DNA from: Malacoraja senta
Taxonomy: Eukaryota
NCBI GenBank assembly: GCA_038087875.1
Contig: CM075992.1
Span: forward strand, 1,862,001 to 1,926,000
DNA: 64,000 bases
Direction of reading: 5' to 3'
The translations under genes and the position numbers were made by a program. Under the pieces are notes generated by a model. It saw only the letters and a program-made list of their open reading frames with translations, did not search any database and had not been told where the DNA came from. Below are positions 37,696 through 51,454 of this stretch, piece after piece; the first letter of the stretch is position 1, and each line of letters begins with the position of its first letter.

Positions 37696-38393
37696 GTTGT
37701 ATGTACTACTCCATATACGGAATAACATGGTAAAGCAGATTCAAGGAGACAGGCCATAGGGCGCCACATGGCCCATCAAGTCTGTGCCAGATCCAATCTT
37801 GTCAATGGTATTTCCTTCCTCTTTTCCCAAATATTTTCCACACTTTTAAGTGTCTACCTAATTCCTTTATGAAAAGCCTGATTCATCCTGTTTCACCTTT
37901 ATCGGCAGTGATTTACAGATCACAGCTACTCTCTGGGCAAAAAACGACATCCTCACATGCCCTTGGTCTTATCAACCTGATACTTGAACCATCTGCTGAT
38001 AGGAACAACCTCCCATTATTTAGTGGCTCTAAACAAGCTCATGATCTCATATGACTGAGCATCATGAGTATTGAAGAGAAAAAATCTGCAGCTGCTGGAA
38101 ATCTGAAATAACAACTGTATAGGGAAAATACTCAACGGTCTTCTCTGAACCAATAAAAAATGGGTTAAGGAGGTTTTTGGAAGTCTTCCCAGAAATTCTG
38201 GCACTGAATATTTAATGCAGTTTCTTAATTTTGATATAGAATTCCGCCACTGATGTGCAATACTTTAACCAACTTTTCGGGTTGCGGAAGAGAGGGGGAA
38301 GAAGACAGAGGAAGTCAAGTCCTTGTACACCTACACAGTAGATATGCCATTTGATTTTCCTTTTTCCTCTGAGCCCAGTTTTGACATTGCTAC

Positions 38394-38505
38394 CATAGAA
38401 ACATAGAAACATAGAAAATAGGTGCAGGAGGAGGCCATTCGGCCCTTCGAGCCAGCACCGCCATTCATTGTGATCATGGCTGATCGTCCCCAATCAATAA
38501 CCCGT
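38394..38505 (-). mobile_element. CR1 extreme 3' end fragment
   Basis: (catagaaa)n tail plus 3' hairpin region. Confidence 0.85.
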
Positions 38506-38543
38506 CTACTGGCTGATGTCGGTGATCACGACACTGACCAGTT

Positions 38544-41500
38544 ACATAGATACATAGATACACAGAAAATAGGTGCAGGAGTAGGCCATTCGGCCCTTCG
38601 AGCCTGCACCGCCATTCAATATGATCATGGCTGATCATCCAACTCAGTATCCCGTACCTGCCTTCTCTCCATACCCCCTGATCCCTCTAGCCACAAGGGC
38701 CACATCTAACTCCCTCTTAAATATAGCCAATGAACTGGCCTCAACTACCCTCTGTGGTAGAGAGTTCCAGAGATTCACCACTCTCTGTGTGAAAAAGTTT
38801 TTCCTCATCTCGGTCTTAAAGGATTTCCCCCTTATCCTTAAGCTGTGACCCCTTGTCCTGGACTTCCCCAACATCGGGAACAATCTTCCTGCATCTAGCC
38901 TGTCCAACGCCATAAGAATTTTGTACGTTTCTATAAGATCCCCTCTCAATCTCCTAAATTCTAGCGAGTATAAGCCAAGTCTATCCAGTCTTTCTTCATA
39001 TGGAAGACCTGACATCCCAGGAATCAGTTTGGTGAACCTTCTCTGCACTCCCTCTATGGCTATAATGTCCTTCCTCAGATTTGGAGACCAAAACTGTACG
39101 CAATACTCCAGGTGTGGTCTCACCAAGACCCTGTACAACTGCAGTAGAACCTCCCTGCTCCTATACTCAAATCCTCTTGCTATGAAGGCCAACATACCAT
39201 TCGCTTTCTTCACTGCCTGCTGCACCTGCATGCCTACTTTCAATGACTGGTGTACCATGACACCCAGGTCTCGCTGCATCTCCCCATTTCCTAATCGGCC
39301 ACCATTTAGATAATAGTCTGCCTTCCCGTTTTTGCCACCAAAGTGGATAACCTCACATTTATCCACATTATACTGCATCTGCCAAACATTTGCCCACTCA
39401 CCCAGCCTATCCAAGTCACCTTGCAGTCTCCTAGCATCCTCCTCACAGCTAACACTGCCCCCCAGCTTAGTGGCATCCGCAAACTTGGAGATGTTGCTTT
39501 CAATTCCCTCGTCCAGATCATTAATATAAATTGTAAATAGCTGGGGTCCCAGCACTGAGCCTTGCGGTACCCCACTAGTCACTGCCTGCCATTGTGAAAA
39601 GGACCCGTTTACTCCTACTCTTTGCTTCCTGTTTGCCAGCCAGTTCTCTATCCACATCAATACTGAACCCCCAATACCGTGTGATTTAAGTTTGTATCCT
39701 AATCTCTTATGTGGTACCTTGTCGAAAGCCTTCTGAAAGTCCAGATACAACACATCCACTGGTTCTCCCCTATCCACTCTACTAGTTACATCCTCGAAAA
39801 ATTCTATAAGATTCGTCAGACACGATTTACCTTTCGTAAATCCATGCTGACTTTGTCCAATGATTTCACCACTTTCCAAATGTGCTGCTATCCCATCTTT
39901 AATAACTGACTCTAGCAGTTTCCCCACTACCGATGTTAGACTAACTGGTCTGTAATTCCCCGTTTTCTCTCTCCCTCCCTTCTTAAAAAGTGGGGTTACG
40001 TTTGCTACCCTCCAATCCTCAGGAACTACTCCAGAATCTAAAGAGTTTTGAAAAATTATCACTAACGCATCCACTATTTCTGGAGCTACTTCCTTAAGTA
40101 CTCTGGGATGCAGCCTATCTGGCCCTGGTGATTTATCGGCCTTTAATCCATTCAATTTACCCAACACCACTTCCCGACTAACCTGGATTTCACTCAGTTC
40201 CTCCATCTCCTTTGACCCGTGGCCCCCTGCTATTTCCGGCAGATTATTTATGTCTTTCTTAGTGAAGACGGAACCAAAGTAGTTATTCAATTGGTCCGCC
40301 ATATCCTTGTTCCCCATGATCAATTCACCTGTTTCTGACTGCAAGGGACCTACATTTGTTTTAACTAATCTCTTTCTCTTCACATATCTATAAAAACATT
40401 TGCAGTCAGTTTTTATGTTCCCTGCCAGTTTCCTTTCATAATCTATTTTCCCTTTCCTAATTAAGCCCTTTGTCCTCCTCTGCTGGTCTCTGAATTTCTC
40501 CCAGTCCTCTGGTATGCTGCTTTTTCTGGCTAATTTGTACGCATCATCTTTTGCTTTGATACTATCCCTGATTTCCCTTGTTATCCACGGATGCACTACC
40601 TTCCCTGATTTATTCTTTTGCCAAACTGGGATGAACAATTTTTGTAGTTCATCCATGCAGTCTTTAAATGCCTTCCATTGCATATCCACCGTCAACCCTT
40701 TTAGAACTAATTGCCAGTCAATCTTGGCCAATTCACGTCTCATACCCTCAAAGTTACCTTTCTTTAAGTTCAGAACCGTTGTTTCTGAATTAACAATGTC
40801 ACTCTCCATCCTAATGAAGAACTCAACCATATTATGGTCACTCTTGCCCAAGGGGGCACGCACAACAAGACTGCTAACTAACCCTTCCTCATTACTCAAT
40901 ACCCAGTCTAGAATAGCCTGCTCTCTCGTTGGTTCCTCTACATGTTGGTTTAGATAACTATCCCTCATACATTCCAAGAAATCCTCTTCCTCAGCACCCC
41001 TGCCAATTTGATTCACCCAATCTATATGTAGATTGAAGTCACCCATTATAACTGTTTTGCCTTTGTTGCACGCATTTCTAATTTCCTGTTTGATGCCATC
41101 CCCAACTTCACTACTACTGCTAGGTACACAACACCCACCAGCGTTTTCTGCCCCTTAGTGTTTCGCAGCTCTACCCATACCGATTCCACATCCTCCAAGC
41201 TAATGTCCTTCCTTTCCACTGCGTTAATCTACTCTCTAACCTGCAACGCTACCCCACCTCCTTTTCCTTTCTCTCTATCCCTCCTGAATATTGAATATCC
41301 CTGGATGTTCAGCTCCCAGCCTTGGTCACCCTGGAGCCATGTCTCCGTGATCCCAACTATATCATAATCATTAATTGCTATCTGCACGTTCAACTCATCC
41401 ACCTTATTACGAATGCTCCTTGCATTGAGACACAAAGCCTTCAGGCATGTTTTTACAACGCTCTTACCCCTTATACAATTATGATGAAAAGTGGCTCTTT

Positions 41501-41866
41501 TTGATTTTTGCCCTGGATTTGTCTGCCTGCCACTTTTACATTTCACCTTGCTACCTATTGCTTCCGCCCGCATTTTACACCTCTCTGTTTCTCTGCTCAC
41601 CCATTTAAGAAACCCACCACCTCTTATTCTCTGTTTATTATTGTTTTCTTCTTTCCCCCCTACATGTTGGGTCTGAGTGCTTTCCTTCTCTGCCTCCTGC
41701 CTCACACACTGTCTAATAGCATTCTCTATTTGAGTCCCTCCCCCCAACCATTCTAGTTTAAAGTCTCCCCAGTAGCCTTTGCAGATCTCCCCGCCAGGAT
41801 ATCGGTCCCCCTCAGGTTCAAGTGCAACCCATCCTTTTTGTACAGGTCGCACCTTCCACAAAAGAG
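38544..41866 (-). mobile_element. Longest CR1 LINE copy (end of ORF1 esterase + entire ORF2), inactivated
   Basis: ORF1 end DGLHLN...ETLN* (~41753-41860); ORF2 APE start CLNARSIRNK, ITETW; TAG stop at 41229-41231, small deletion near 41122, RT motif mutated to FADAT; 800-aa ORF 38644-41046. Confidence 0.97.
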
Positions 41867-43224
41867 GAATTGCATGTTGGACTCAAGTTACTCAGCCTGA
41901 GTTTCCGTAAGCCTGTTTGTTTGGCTCAGTGGATTTAAAATGAACTGATGAAGCACCAAAGAGTTTAGAAATTGCCATTTAAGATGTCTGGCAGAATTGT
42001 GAGCACAATGGCATGTTACAGTTCTAAGATTTTCAGTATTTGAAGCGTTTTCCTCACCTCTCCCCATCATCTGTTGAAATGCTCAATGCTCTGCACCTGC
42101 TCTTTCTGATTCTGAACAAGCCCCATGGGATCAGATTATATTTCCTGACAATAAACAGATCTTCTGCCAGGATAAGTACTGTAAGTAAACACTGGAATCA
42201 CTTGGGAGTTTGCATTTGATTTTGAGCAGAATTCACACTGCAAACAGGGATATGCTGACAAAGCTGGGACTCGCTCAGGGGAGGTGATAGATGCTAATCA
42301 TTATTTGATTTTATTATCTTTGTTTAGTATAAATCAATGTAAATATTCTCTGCAGGAGTGTGGTATCAATGTAGAATGGATTCTTTCCGAATAGCCACCA
42401 TTAAACAGATCTCTCATTAACATTCGGGACATGAATGGGGGGGGGAGAGAAGAACTGTTGCTCTCTAATCCTGTCCGTCTTCGTGGAATTGTACACTGCG
42501 CCAGAAATGTTCATTGATTCAAGAGAAGAAGCAAACGACAAACAAGTTAGACACTGCCTCAAGTAATGCAACCATAGCAACTGGAAACAAATTATTGGGG
42601 GAGCAAAGAATCTCTTAAGAATTGCATGGAACAGAATTGGTCTCCTCTGTCTCTGACTGGATGGTTTCTAGAGCTTGACAGGAAGCAAGAGAGCTGTTAA
42701 CATCACTGCAGGATAACATTCATTACACTTGACCAATCCATCAGTTAAAGTTCTGAAGCAGATCACACACCTATTATCTGCAATACTGGATATAAATCCC
42801 TGAGCGTCTCATTGATATTGAAGCCTGTAAGGCATGCAAGCAAATCGGTTTACTTCCATTAAACTTAATTACAACAACATTGCTTTCTTCTAAAACTTGT
42901 CACAATATTTAGAAATGGTAAACAGTTAGTAAAACAATAAGAGCAATGTCTCGGAAAATAATCATTTCTGAGATGACAAAAAGCTGGTGGCTTTAGCACA
43001 AACAAGTCCAAAGAAGATGCAGGCATGTTCCAATGAAAGAAGTTGGCTTTGGAAGTTTGCAAAGTAACGTGATCATCCATTGCATGTTGGACCCAAGGAA
43101 ATAAGAGATGGCATAAATCTGTATGGCTGTACTTTGGTGTGGCGAGGCTACTGCTTGTGTGGGTCAGGCACAGTGAGTGAAAACTAGTACTGCTAAATGT
43201 CCAGCCCTTACTCTATCTCACTTG

Positions 43225-43486
43225 AAGAAGGGCCTGGAACATCGGGCCTCCGTAAAGACGACTGCGGAGGCCTAAATAGGCCCGACTATGGGTGGACATG
43301 GGGATGGGGACTGGACTTTGTGCCTTCCCTCAAAATGGGAACCATTGTGGGGGGATGTTTTTTATGTTTAAATTTCTTTATTATTGTTATGTTGTATTCT
43401 TTTTTTTATGTACTGCAATGGCAATACGCATTTCACTACACCAATTGGTGTAGGTGACTAATAAAGAACCTTTGAACCTTTGAACT
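43225..43486 (+). mobile_element. Short non-autonomous retroposon 3' part with (tttgaacc)n tail
   Basis: Shares ggggatggggactggac..tgtgccttccc with ~26930-27030; AATAAA and tandem tail. Confidence 0.55.
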
Positions 43487-46400
43487 TGGCCCTCTGCTGG
43501 GAGATCAAGATGAGTGAAATTTCCAAACCTCCACCGACCATTATCCTCCACACTTGAGTAGTGTCAAATGTTTGACAACATTGGAATGAAATGACACAAG
43601 AACAGTGACCATAATGTTTTACTTACACAGAATATTCCATTGTAAACTCAGAGAATATAATAGATATGGAAAAACCTCCACTTTACCAACATTTTCATCT
43701 TTAGCATCTAAACTAACACCAAATGCCTGCCCTACAACAGACTCCTGCACTTCTTTGTGTCGGAACTGAAAATATAGACTACTGAGAATCAAATCATTAT
43801 TAAACATGTCAATAAATCTCCATGAACACCAATGCAACTTGCTTCCATCTCCCAACCTGCACATTTGACCTCCATTTCTGGTCAATCTCAGTAAAGGAGG
43901 GATGGTGTTGTTACCACAAGAAATTAAGAAGGAGAAGCGAGATATGGTCATTTAGCCATGCATATCTGCTTTACCATTCAATAAGATCACCACTATCCTA
44001 GAAAAACACCATTTTCCATGACTTTCCCAAGATCTAAATGTCTATCAGTATTTTATTTTACACATACTCATTGACTGATCCTCTGCAGCCCTCTTGATCA
44101 GAGAATTCAAAAGATTCATTAACCTTGGGTCAAAGCAGTTTCTTCTGTCCTTTTTCCTGTCTGTCCTCAATGACTCATCCCTTATTTTAAAATTATGACT
44201 GCAGGTTGCGGGCACTGCAGCCAAAGGATGCATCATACCCGCATCCACCTGTTGTACATTTTAATGAGATTATTTTGTCTAAACTCAAGAGAGTAAAGAA
44301 CCATTCTATTTAATTTCTCTTCACACTATTCTCGACTGAAGCCTTCTCAAAGTAATCTCCCATAATCTCCTCAGTTCAACTGTAGCTTGCAATCGCATTT
44401 CAGTTCATTGAGTTCTGCGCTCTGACTCATCCTCAAGTTTTCAATCATTTGGGTTACTGTGATTTACAGGTGGAACCAGATTCCACTAACATTGCCACTT
44501 CAGAGAATTGTTACATCAACAACCGCCCATGACTGTTCCCTTTGGATATGAACAATCTGTCAGGTCGAGTATGGGGCCTGACCAGCAGGGAGGGAGATTT
44601 CTTCCAACATGGATTAAAGCTACAACACCTGCTCCATCCAGAATGAAAGTGTCAAAACAGTTTGTTCATGACACAGGTATTAACCCACCATGTTCTGGAT
44701 ACACTGTACCTTATTTCTCTTGTTCCAATGTTTATCTCTTTTAATTTTTTTTCCCCCAATTTTGTTTTCTTTTGTGGATTTTGCCAAGATTTAGAAACAA
44801 GGAACTGCAGATGCTGGTTTACAACAACAAAAAAGACACAAAGTGCTGGAGTAACTCAGCAGGGTGACTCAGAGATGCTGCCTGACCCACTGAGTTACTC
44901 CAGCAGAAGTTCTTCTCCTCTCTCTATATATATATATATTTTACTTCTCCACTGCAAAATCTCCCCAAGGAATGCTTACTTTGAAGAAGGTCTCCTCCTC
45001 TCTCCAAGAGACGATGCCTAGCCCACTGAGTTATTCCTGCACTTTCTCTCTTTTTGTTTTGCCAAGGTTTAAGACTGGTACCATCCCAGATGATCTGAGG
45101 GAGAGACGGCTTTAAGTGCTTTAAGGGCCATTATTTGATCTATGAATCCAGAGAGTGTAAGCGATGTGTGGAAGTTGCATCCGATCCTCCCTATACTAAG
45201 TAAAATCCCAACAGGAAATGATGGACGACAATAAGAATCAGGAACCTCATTGACTTCTCCTTCACTTTTCAAGGGCACTGGGAAATTCAGCAAGTTTGAG
45301 AATTCAACAGAAACCAGAAATGGAACCCGACCCATTGAGCTACTGTAACTCCAAAGCTGTATGTCATGGTGTCAAATAAGGCACTGTCGAGGGTTTCTCC
45401 TCAGTGAAAGGACTCTTTCTTACTTGATCCTTGTTATATTGACAGTCTAAAGTTCAGGTCAAATAATCACTGCCTCCATCAGTTATTTCACCATGGACCC
45501 TGGTGCCCATTTACTTCAGTGATTGGAGCTAGGTTGAAACAGCAAGCGGAGGTGCAATGTACAAACAAATCATATATCTGTCCATTGTGTTGACTAGTAA
45601 CTATTTATTGACTAATGTAGATCAGTGTCTAAGCTTCTGACAGAAATTTCAACAGGAATTCATGGGATAACTCTATTACAATAAATGGATAGAGATTGAT
45701 AAAAGTTTCTCCAGCCCCCCACCTAAAAACATAATCTTTAACACGTACTTAAAATAACATAAACAGAAGAAAGGACAGACAGACTGCACATCACTGAAGT
45801 AAGCTGCATACAGTGACTTATAATGTTTTACATTCTCTACTGTGCACATATCTGAATTAAGTATGTATGGGCCAGTTATTATATTCACTTGATTTGAGAT
45901 TGAATCTGCCAATATAATTTTCTCTCACCCATTTACACTGTGCACAACTGGAACCAGGCTACTAAGTCAAGCTGACAGATAGACTGAAACTGCTGGGTGC
46001 TGCAGAGATACATGAAATGAATTTAACTGGAAGGTGTAAAAGATTACGTCAACTGTGCACTTTGGCCCCGGAAATACATCATGATATGAATTATGTAATC
46101 AGATCCTGACATTTACATCTCAGCTACTGGATTCCACATTCTGCAAACTCTGGCAATTGCAATGACAAATGTAGGAAATGCAACAGATTTTGCCCCTGCT
46201 TCCATTGTGTCTCCCCGAGCTGCATCCTTCACACGTGCTAAGCAGGCTAAAATCAATCCCTTTTCTGTCCAACCACACGACAGGAGAAGGGTCACTTGTG
46301 AGACGTAATCAAGGACAGTGGTTTAAACCATGCAAGAATGGAGCAGATTGCTTGTGAAGAGGGTGTGTCAATGCCTCTCTATAAGTGTGATGGCTGTTGA

Positions 46401-46604
46401 CTATACAATATATTATACGGAAGGCGTGGATCAATAATTAACATCTGCCTGGTCCATGTGTATGATTCTGTTTGATTGAGGGTGGCAAACAGTGTTTTTT
46501 CACATTTACTTAATTTTGCTGCCCCTTAATTTTGCCTCTCCAGTGGCTTGCCTGGCAGGGTCCAAGGGGGGGGGGGTGCTGCAACCAGCATGGGGGATGA
46601 AGTA

Positions 46605-46713
46605 TTAAAGAAGGAACTGCAGATGCTGGAAAATCGAAGGTACACAAAAATGCTGGAGAAACTCAGCGGGTGCTGCTGCACCCGCTGAGTTTCTCCAGCA
46701 TTTTTGTGTACCT
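46605..46713. mobile_element. Minimal Penelope-derived hairpin insertion
   Basis: Perfect inverted arms aggtacacaaaaatgctggagaaactcagcgggtgc-tgct-gcacccg...gtacct; TSD GGGGATGAAGTA (46593-46604 / 46714-46725). Confidence 0.85.
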
Positions 46714-48290
46714 GGGGATGAAGTAAGTGGGCTAGTGGGACTAGTTCTTTTTTTAATATTAATGGGGGGAATGTAAGCTACATCATCCTTGAAAATAAAT
46801 TTAGCAACTGATTAAAATAGGATTACAATTGGACCAATAGCTACACATCTGAAAGTAAATCTATTTTTAGATGTAATTCCTTTTCATGAACATAAATCTG
46901 GAACTGAACGCTGACAATCGCTGCAGACTATTGATTGCCTATACATTTAATGGCTATTTCAACAGCAGATGTTTTCCATTTGTTAGGGTGGAGTCATTAA
47001 ATATTCTGTAGATATTAGGTGATAGAGACTAATTAGTGTTGGCTGCCATCAGATACTGGAGCAAAGTTACAGGCTTGAAATAATTATCTATGGACAAGAG
47101 TTTTAATTATAGTCTGAGGCTGCAGTAAAATAATGTGTCCTAAACGTAGAACCACAACCTACACATAACACATTGCTTATAACATCGCAGGATGCACACG
47201 GCTAAGTGCCAGTCTCTGTTTTGTTTTCTGTTCTTTAATACCCATTCAAATTTTAATATTGGAATCATTAATCAAATTTCGTTAAATCATTTTTCTTTGC
47301 CTGAATGTCACAGTCAGCTCTTTTGAAATTGCTTTAAGTTACCACAGCATCAGGAGAAATGTTTTTTAAAATTAAAAACTCAATAATAAATCCACAGCTG
47401 ACCTGCGGAAAATATGAGCTGCAGGTCCCTGGTTTGCCAGAAGGGTTATAGCACAACAATTTAATTTCTTTTTTCCTTCCCTCGTCTTCCAACTAGTTAA
47501 GGGAATCCCATTCAATGACTAATAACTTTCAGGCCAGGATTGGTACCGTTCCAAATGTTTGGCACCTTTCTCACATGACGAAAACCCCCCCAAAACACAC
47601 CTGTAAATCTGATGATGTGAGTAAAATATGGTGTCTTGAGGATATCCTCATGCAAGCCCATTATCTAGGCTATCCCGAATTACAGACGTCTGGCCCAAAT
47701 ATACACATATAATGGGCTATTTGATCATAAGGTCACCGCACCCAAGTCCGAACCTGCCCTCAACTATCACCAAGATTTGTACTTCCCATCAGATCCTATG
47801 AGACATCTTTACCCAGAGAATGGGAATAGTTGAGGAGAATAGAGAGTCATAGAGATTCATAGAGTGATACAGCATGGAAACACGCCCTTTGGCCCAACTT
47901 GCCCACACCGGCCAACATGTCCCAGCTACACTAGTCTCACCTGCCTGTGTTTGGCGAGTTGAAAATATTAGATATCAGAGAGTTGAAATTACTAGATCTC
48001 AGGAGGACATTGTTCTCCAGGGAAGGAATGAAGACACAAGAAACTGCAAATTCTAGAATCTGGAACAAGATAAAAAGTTCTATTTTGGAAGAAGGGTCTT
48101 CTGTCCATTCCCTCCATAGATGCTGCCGGACCCACTAGATTCCTCTAGCACTTTGTATTTTACTAAATTAGGTGGCTTGCCGACAGTTTGTGAGAGAGGA
48201 AGGATGAATTATGGCCAAAGGATAATAGAAGGTTGAGTACATTTAGACTCATAGCTCTGATGTAACCAGAGGCAGCAGATAATGAAATTA

Positions 48291-48615
48291 AAGGTACACA
48301 AAAATGCTGGAGAAACTCAGCGGGTGCAGCAGCATCTATGGAGCGAAGGAAATAGGTAACGTTTTGGGCCGAAACCCTTCTTCAGACTGATAGGGGGTGG
48401 GGAGAAGAAAGGAAAAAAGGAAAAAGGCGGAGGAGGGGCCCGAGGGCTGGGGGAGGGGAGGAGACAACCAGATGGCTGATGAAGGGGAGGGGACAGCAAG
48501 GGCTAGCAGAATTGGGAGAATTCAATGTTCAAGCCCCCAGGATGTAGACTGCCCAAGCGTAATATGAGGTGCATTTCCTCCAATTTACGGTGTTGCTCGC
48601 TGTGGCCATGGAGGA
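48291..48615 (-). mobile_element. Penelope-like element 3' fragment
   Basis: Near identical to 22260-22580; duplication GAAATTAAAGG (48284-48294 / 48614-48624). Confidence 0.9.
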
Positions 48616-49542
48616 AATTAAAGGATTGGTTTTAAAGTGGAGTGGATCTTGGACTTGGCAATAGGAGGCAATATTTGTGCAATGCATCAGGGTTACAGCA
48701 AAGAGCTTGATGGCCACACCCAGGCGTGTTCCAGCGATGACTGCAGCTCCTTGAGGAGCAGATCCTCTCTATGCCCTCTGGTGGAGAACATTTATGGAAA
48801 TGGAAATAAATATTTCTCAATTCGGTTGGCAAAGAACATTGAGTAAATGGAAACATAAAGGCCACAGAAATAAATGCACTAAGGATTTTAAAAGAACAAA
48901 GCAACGGTTATGAAATTAATCCAAAATAATGAAGCATTTGGAATACTGCTAACAATTTCATTTCTCAAGGGGATAATTCACATGGTTGCATTGAAGCCTT
49001 TAGTGACCAACTCCTGTAATAAATCAACTCATTAAATCTGCATGAAATAGATATTAATTAATAAAGAGAGTTTATTTTAACAATATTTGGAAGAAATAAT
49101 ATGATTAACTAGAATTTTTGATGCACGTGCATCTTCCCCCGCGCTTAGCTTAACTTCACTGAAGTTTCAACTGAGCTAATCTTAAGACTCACTGAAATCT
49201 TGGGAAAGAAATTATCCATTGAGGTACACAACAAAAGCCATACTGGAAACAATAAGAAAAGAAACTTAATTTTACGTTTTCAACAAGTCAGGTGAAAGTT
49301 GTAAACTCAGTAAAAGCAAAGCAACCCCACCCATATTAACGAAGGTTAACTCTTCGCAGGGAATGTGGGATGAATGAGGCTCAGCCTGAGAAATGTGGCA
49401 AAAAAGACAGTTAGATGAGACTAAGTGAAAATGCGATTAATTTTTGAAAGTTGGGGTATCCTCTTGATTCTTACCGAAATCTGCTGAATTTAGGTGGATA
49501 TAAGTAAACAAAGTCATCTAATATCATGATCAAGATTGCTTT

Positions 49543-51180
49543 ATATATCATAGTTTCGGGAGAAATTTATGCTACCCCAATAACTATGGTAAATATTTAC
49601 GCTCCGAATTTTGATAACCCTCAATTTTTTGAGAAAATTATAGATATAATACTGGAGTTTAATTATCAAAATGTCATAATAGGAGGGGATTTCAACTGTG
49701 TTTTAGATCCTTACTTAGACAAATCAGCAAAACAAAGAGGGAGTAATACAAAATCTAAGACTAGTGAATTTCTAAATACATATATAAAAAATACTAATAT
49801 AACAGATGTATGGAGATCTGCTAACCCAGCAGGAAGGGAATACTCGTTTTACTCTTCGGTACATAAAACATACTCAAGAATTGAGTCTGAAGAAGGGTTT
49901 CGGCCCGAAACTTTACCTATTTCCTTCGCTCCATAGATGCTGCTGCACCCGCTGAGTTTCTCCAGCATTTTTGTGTACCCTCAAGAATTGATTATTTGTT
50001 AGTGGATAGGAAATTAATGCCATATATAATTAACCCAACTTACCATATTAGTAGTATTTCTGATCACTCTCCATTGACTTTTTTAGTAAAATTTGAAGGA
50101 ATGCCGGGAAATAATTTTTTTTGGAGGTTTAACACATATATATTAAATGACTTACAGGGTTATCAATATTTGAAACAACAAATGATATCATTTTTTGAGA
50201 TAAATGATACACCAGGTACCTCACCTTCTTTAATATGGGAAACTTTTAAAGCATTTATTAGAGGAATTATAATTTCATATGAAATTTTTCAAAATAAGAA
50301 GAATAAAACAGAACAGATGCTGTTAGAACAAGAAATAAGACAATTAGAGTTAGATAATGCTAACGATCCCACTATAGATAAACATAATAAGATAATACTA
50401 CTGAAATTTAAACTTAACCGAATTCTCTCGGCAAGAGTAATAAGATTATTCCAAATTACAAAACAGGAACATTTTGAGTTTGGTGACAAACCACATAAGC
50501 TGTTGGCGCGTCAATTGAAAAAACAGGAAAAGGAAAATACTATAAATAAAATTATATCCGAGAATGGTGAATTACTAACACTACCTAAAGATATCAATAA
50601 AAGATTTGTTCAATTTTATCAAAATTTATACACATCAAAAACCAAAACAGAAGAAAGTAAAATTACAAACTTTTTAGATAAATGTAATCTACCAAAACTT
50701 GACCTTTTGGAACAAGAAGAACTAGGAGCGCAAATTACAATCGAAGAAATAGGTGAAACAATAAAATTGCTGAAAAATGGTAAGACACCGGGACCAGATG
50801 GTTTTAGTAATGAATTTTATAAAAAGTTTCATGAGATAACGACCCCCTATCTATTTAATTTATATACTCACGTTTTTAAAGAAAATAAATTACCTGAAAC
50901 ATTAGCAGAATCAACTATTACGCTTATTCCAAAGAAAGATAAAGATCTAGAGGAACCGGGCTCATATAGAGCTATATCACTTTTAAATACCGACCAGAAA
51001 ATTCTAGCAAAGACTTTAGCTAGAAGACTAAGCAAATATATTAGTAAATTGATAAACCCTGATCAAACAGGGTTTATACCCAAAAGATATTCATTTAATA
51101 ATTTGAGATGCCTGTTTAATATAATGTACTCACATAAAAAGGAAGAAAAAGACTTAACAATTATTTCTTTGGACGCAGAG
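49543..51180 (+). mobile_element. L1-clade ORF2 internal fragment (APE C-half to RT N-half)
   Basis: NIYAPN, GGDFNC, SDH, KTPGPDGF, SYRAISLLN, DQTGFI, SLDAEK; 11-bp TSD AAGATTGCTTT (49532-49542 / 51181-51191). Confidence 0.92.
49885..49979 (+). mobile_element. 95-bp Penelope-derived insert within the L1 fragment
   Basis: Starts gtctgaagaagggtttcggcccgaaac; TSD CTCAAGAATTGA (49873-49884 / 49980-49991); removal restores YSRIDYL in frame. Confidence 0.9.
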
Positions 51181-51454
51181 AAGATTGCTTTTCAGAAACA
51201 CCTTTCGGGACCTCAGATATCCCAAAGCCTTTCAAAAATATTGAAGTAGGTTAGTGGATATCTAGTTCTTAGCTGTGCTCATGTTCACCAGGAACGTCTT
51301 GTTGCCATTACACCCATCAGAAACATTGTATTTAAGCATTTAAGCTTCAGATATCTCTGAACTACAAACTGCAATTATCGCCGTTTGTCAATGTTGGGGA
51401 AGTGGCAGAGCCCAGCTATCTGCTTTTAACCAGCACCAGCCAGACAAACATGTA

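Noticed and set aside
38644..41046. 800-aa ORF as an active RT or domesticated gene
   Set aside because: Catalytic FADD is FADA, and the upstream endonuclease part has a stop and a frameshift
43687..43765. 79-bp minus-strand AG/GT-bounded segment (FRHKEVQESVVGQAFGVSLDAKDENV)
   Set aside because: Isolated, no recognisable homology and upstream of the ATG exon; at most a UTR exon, unsupported
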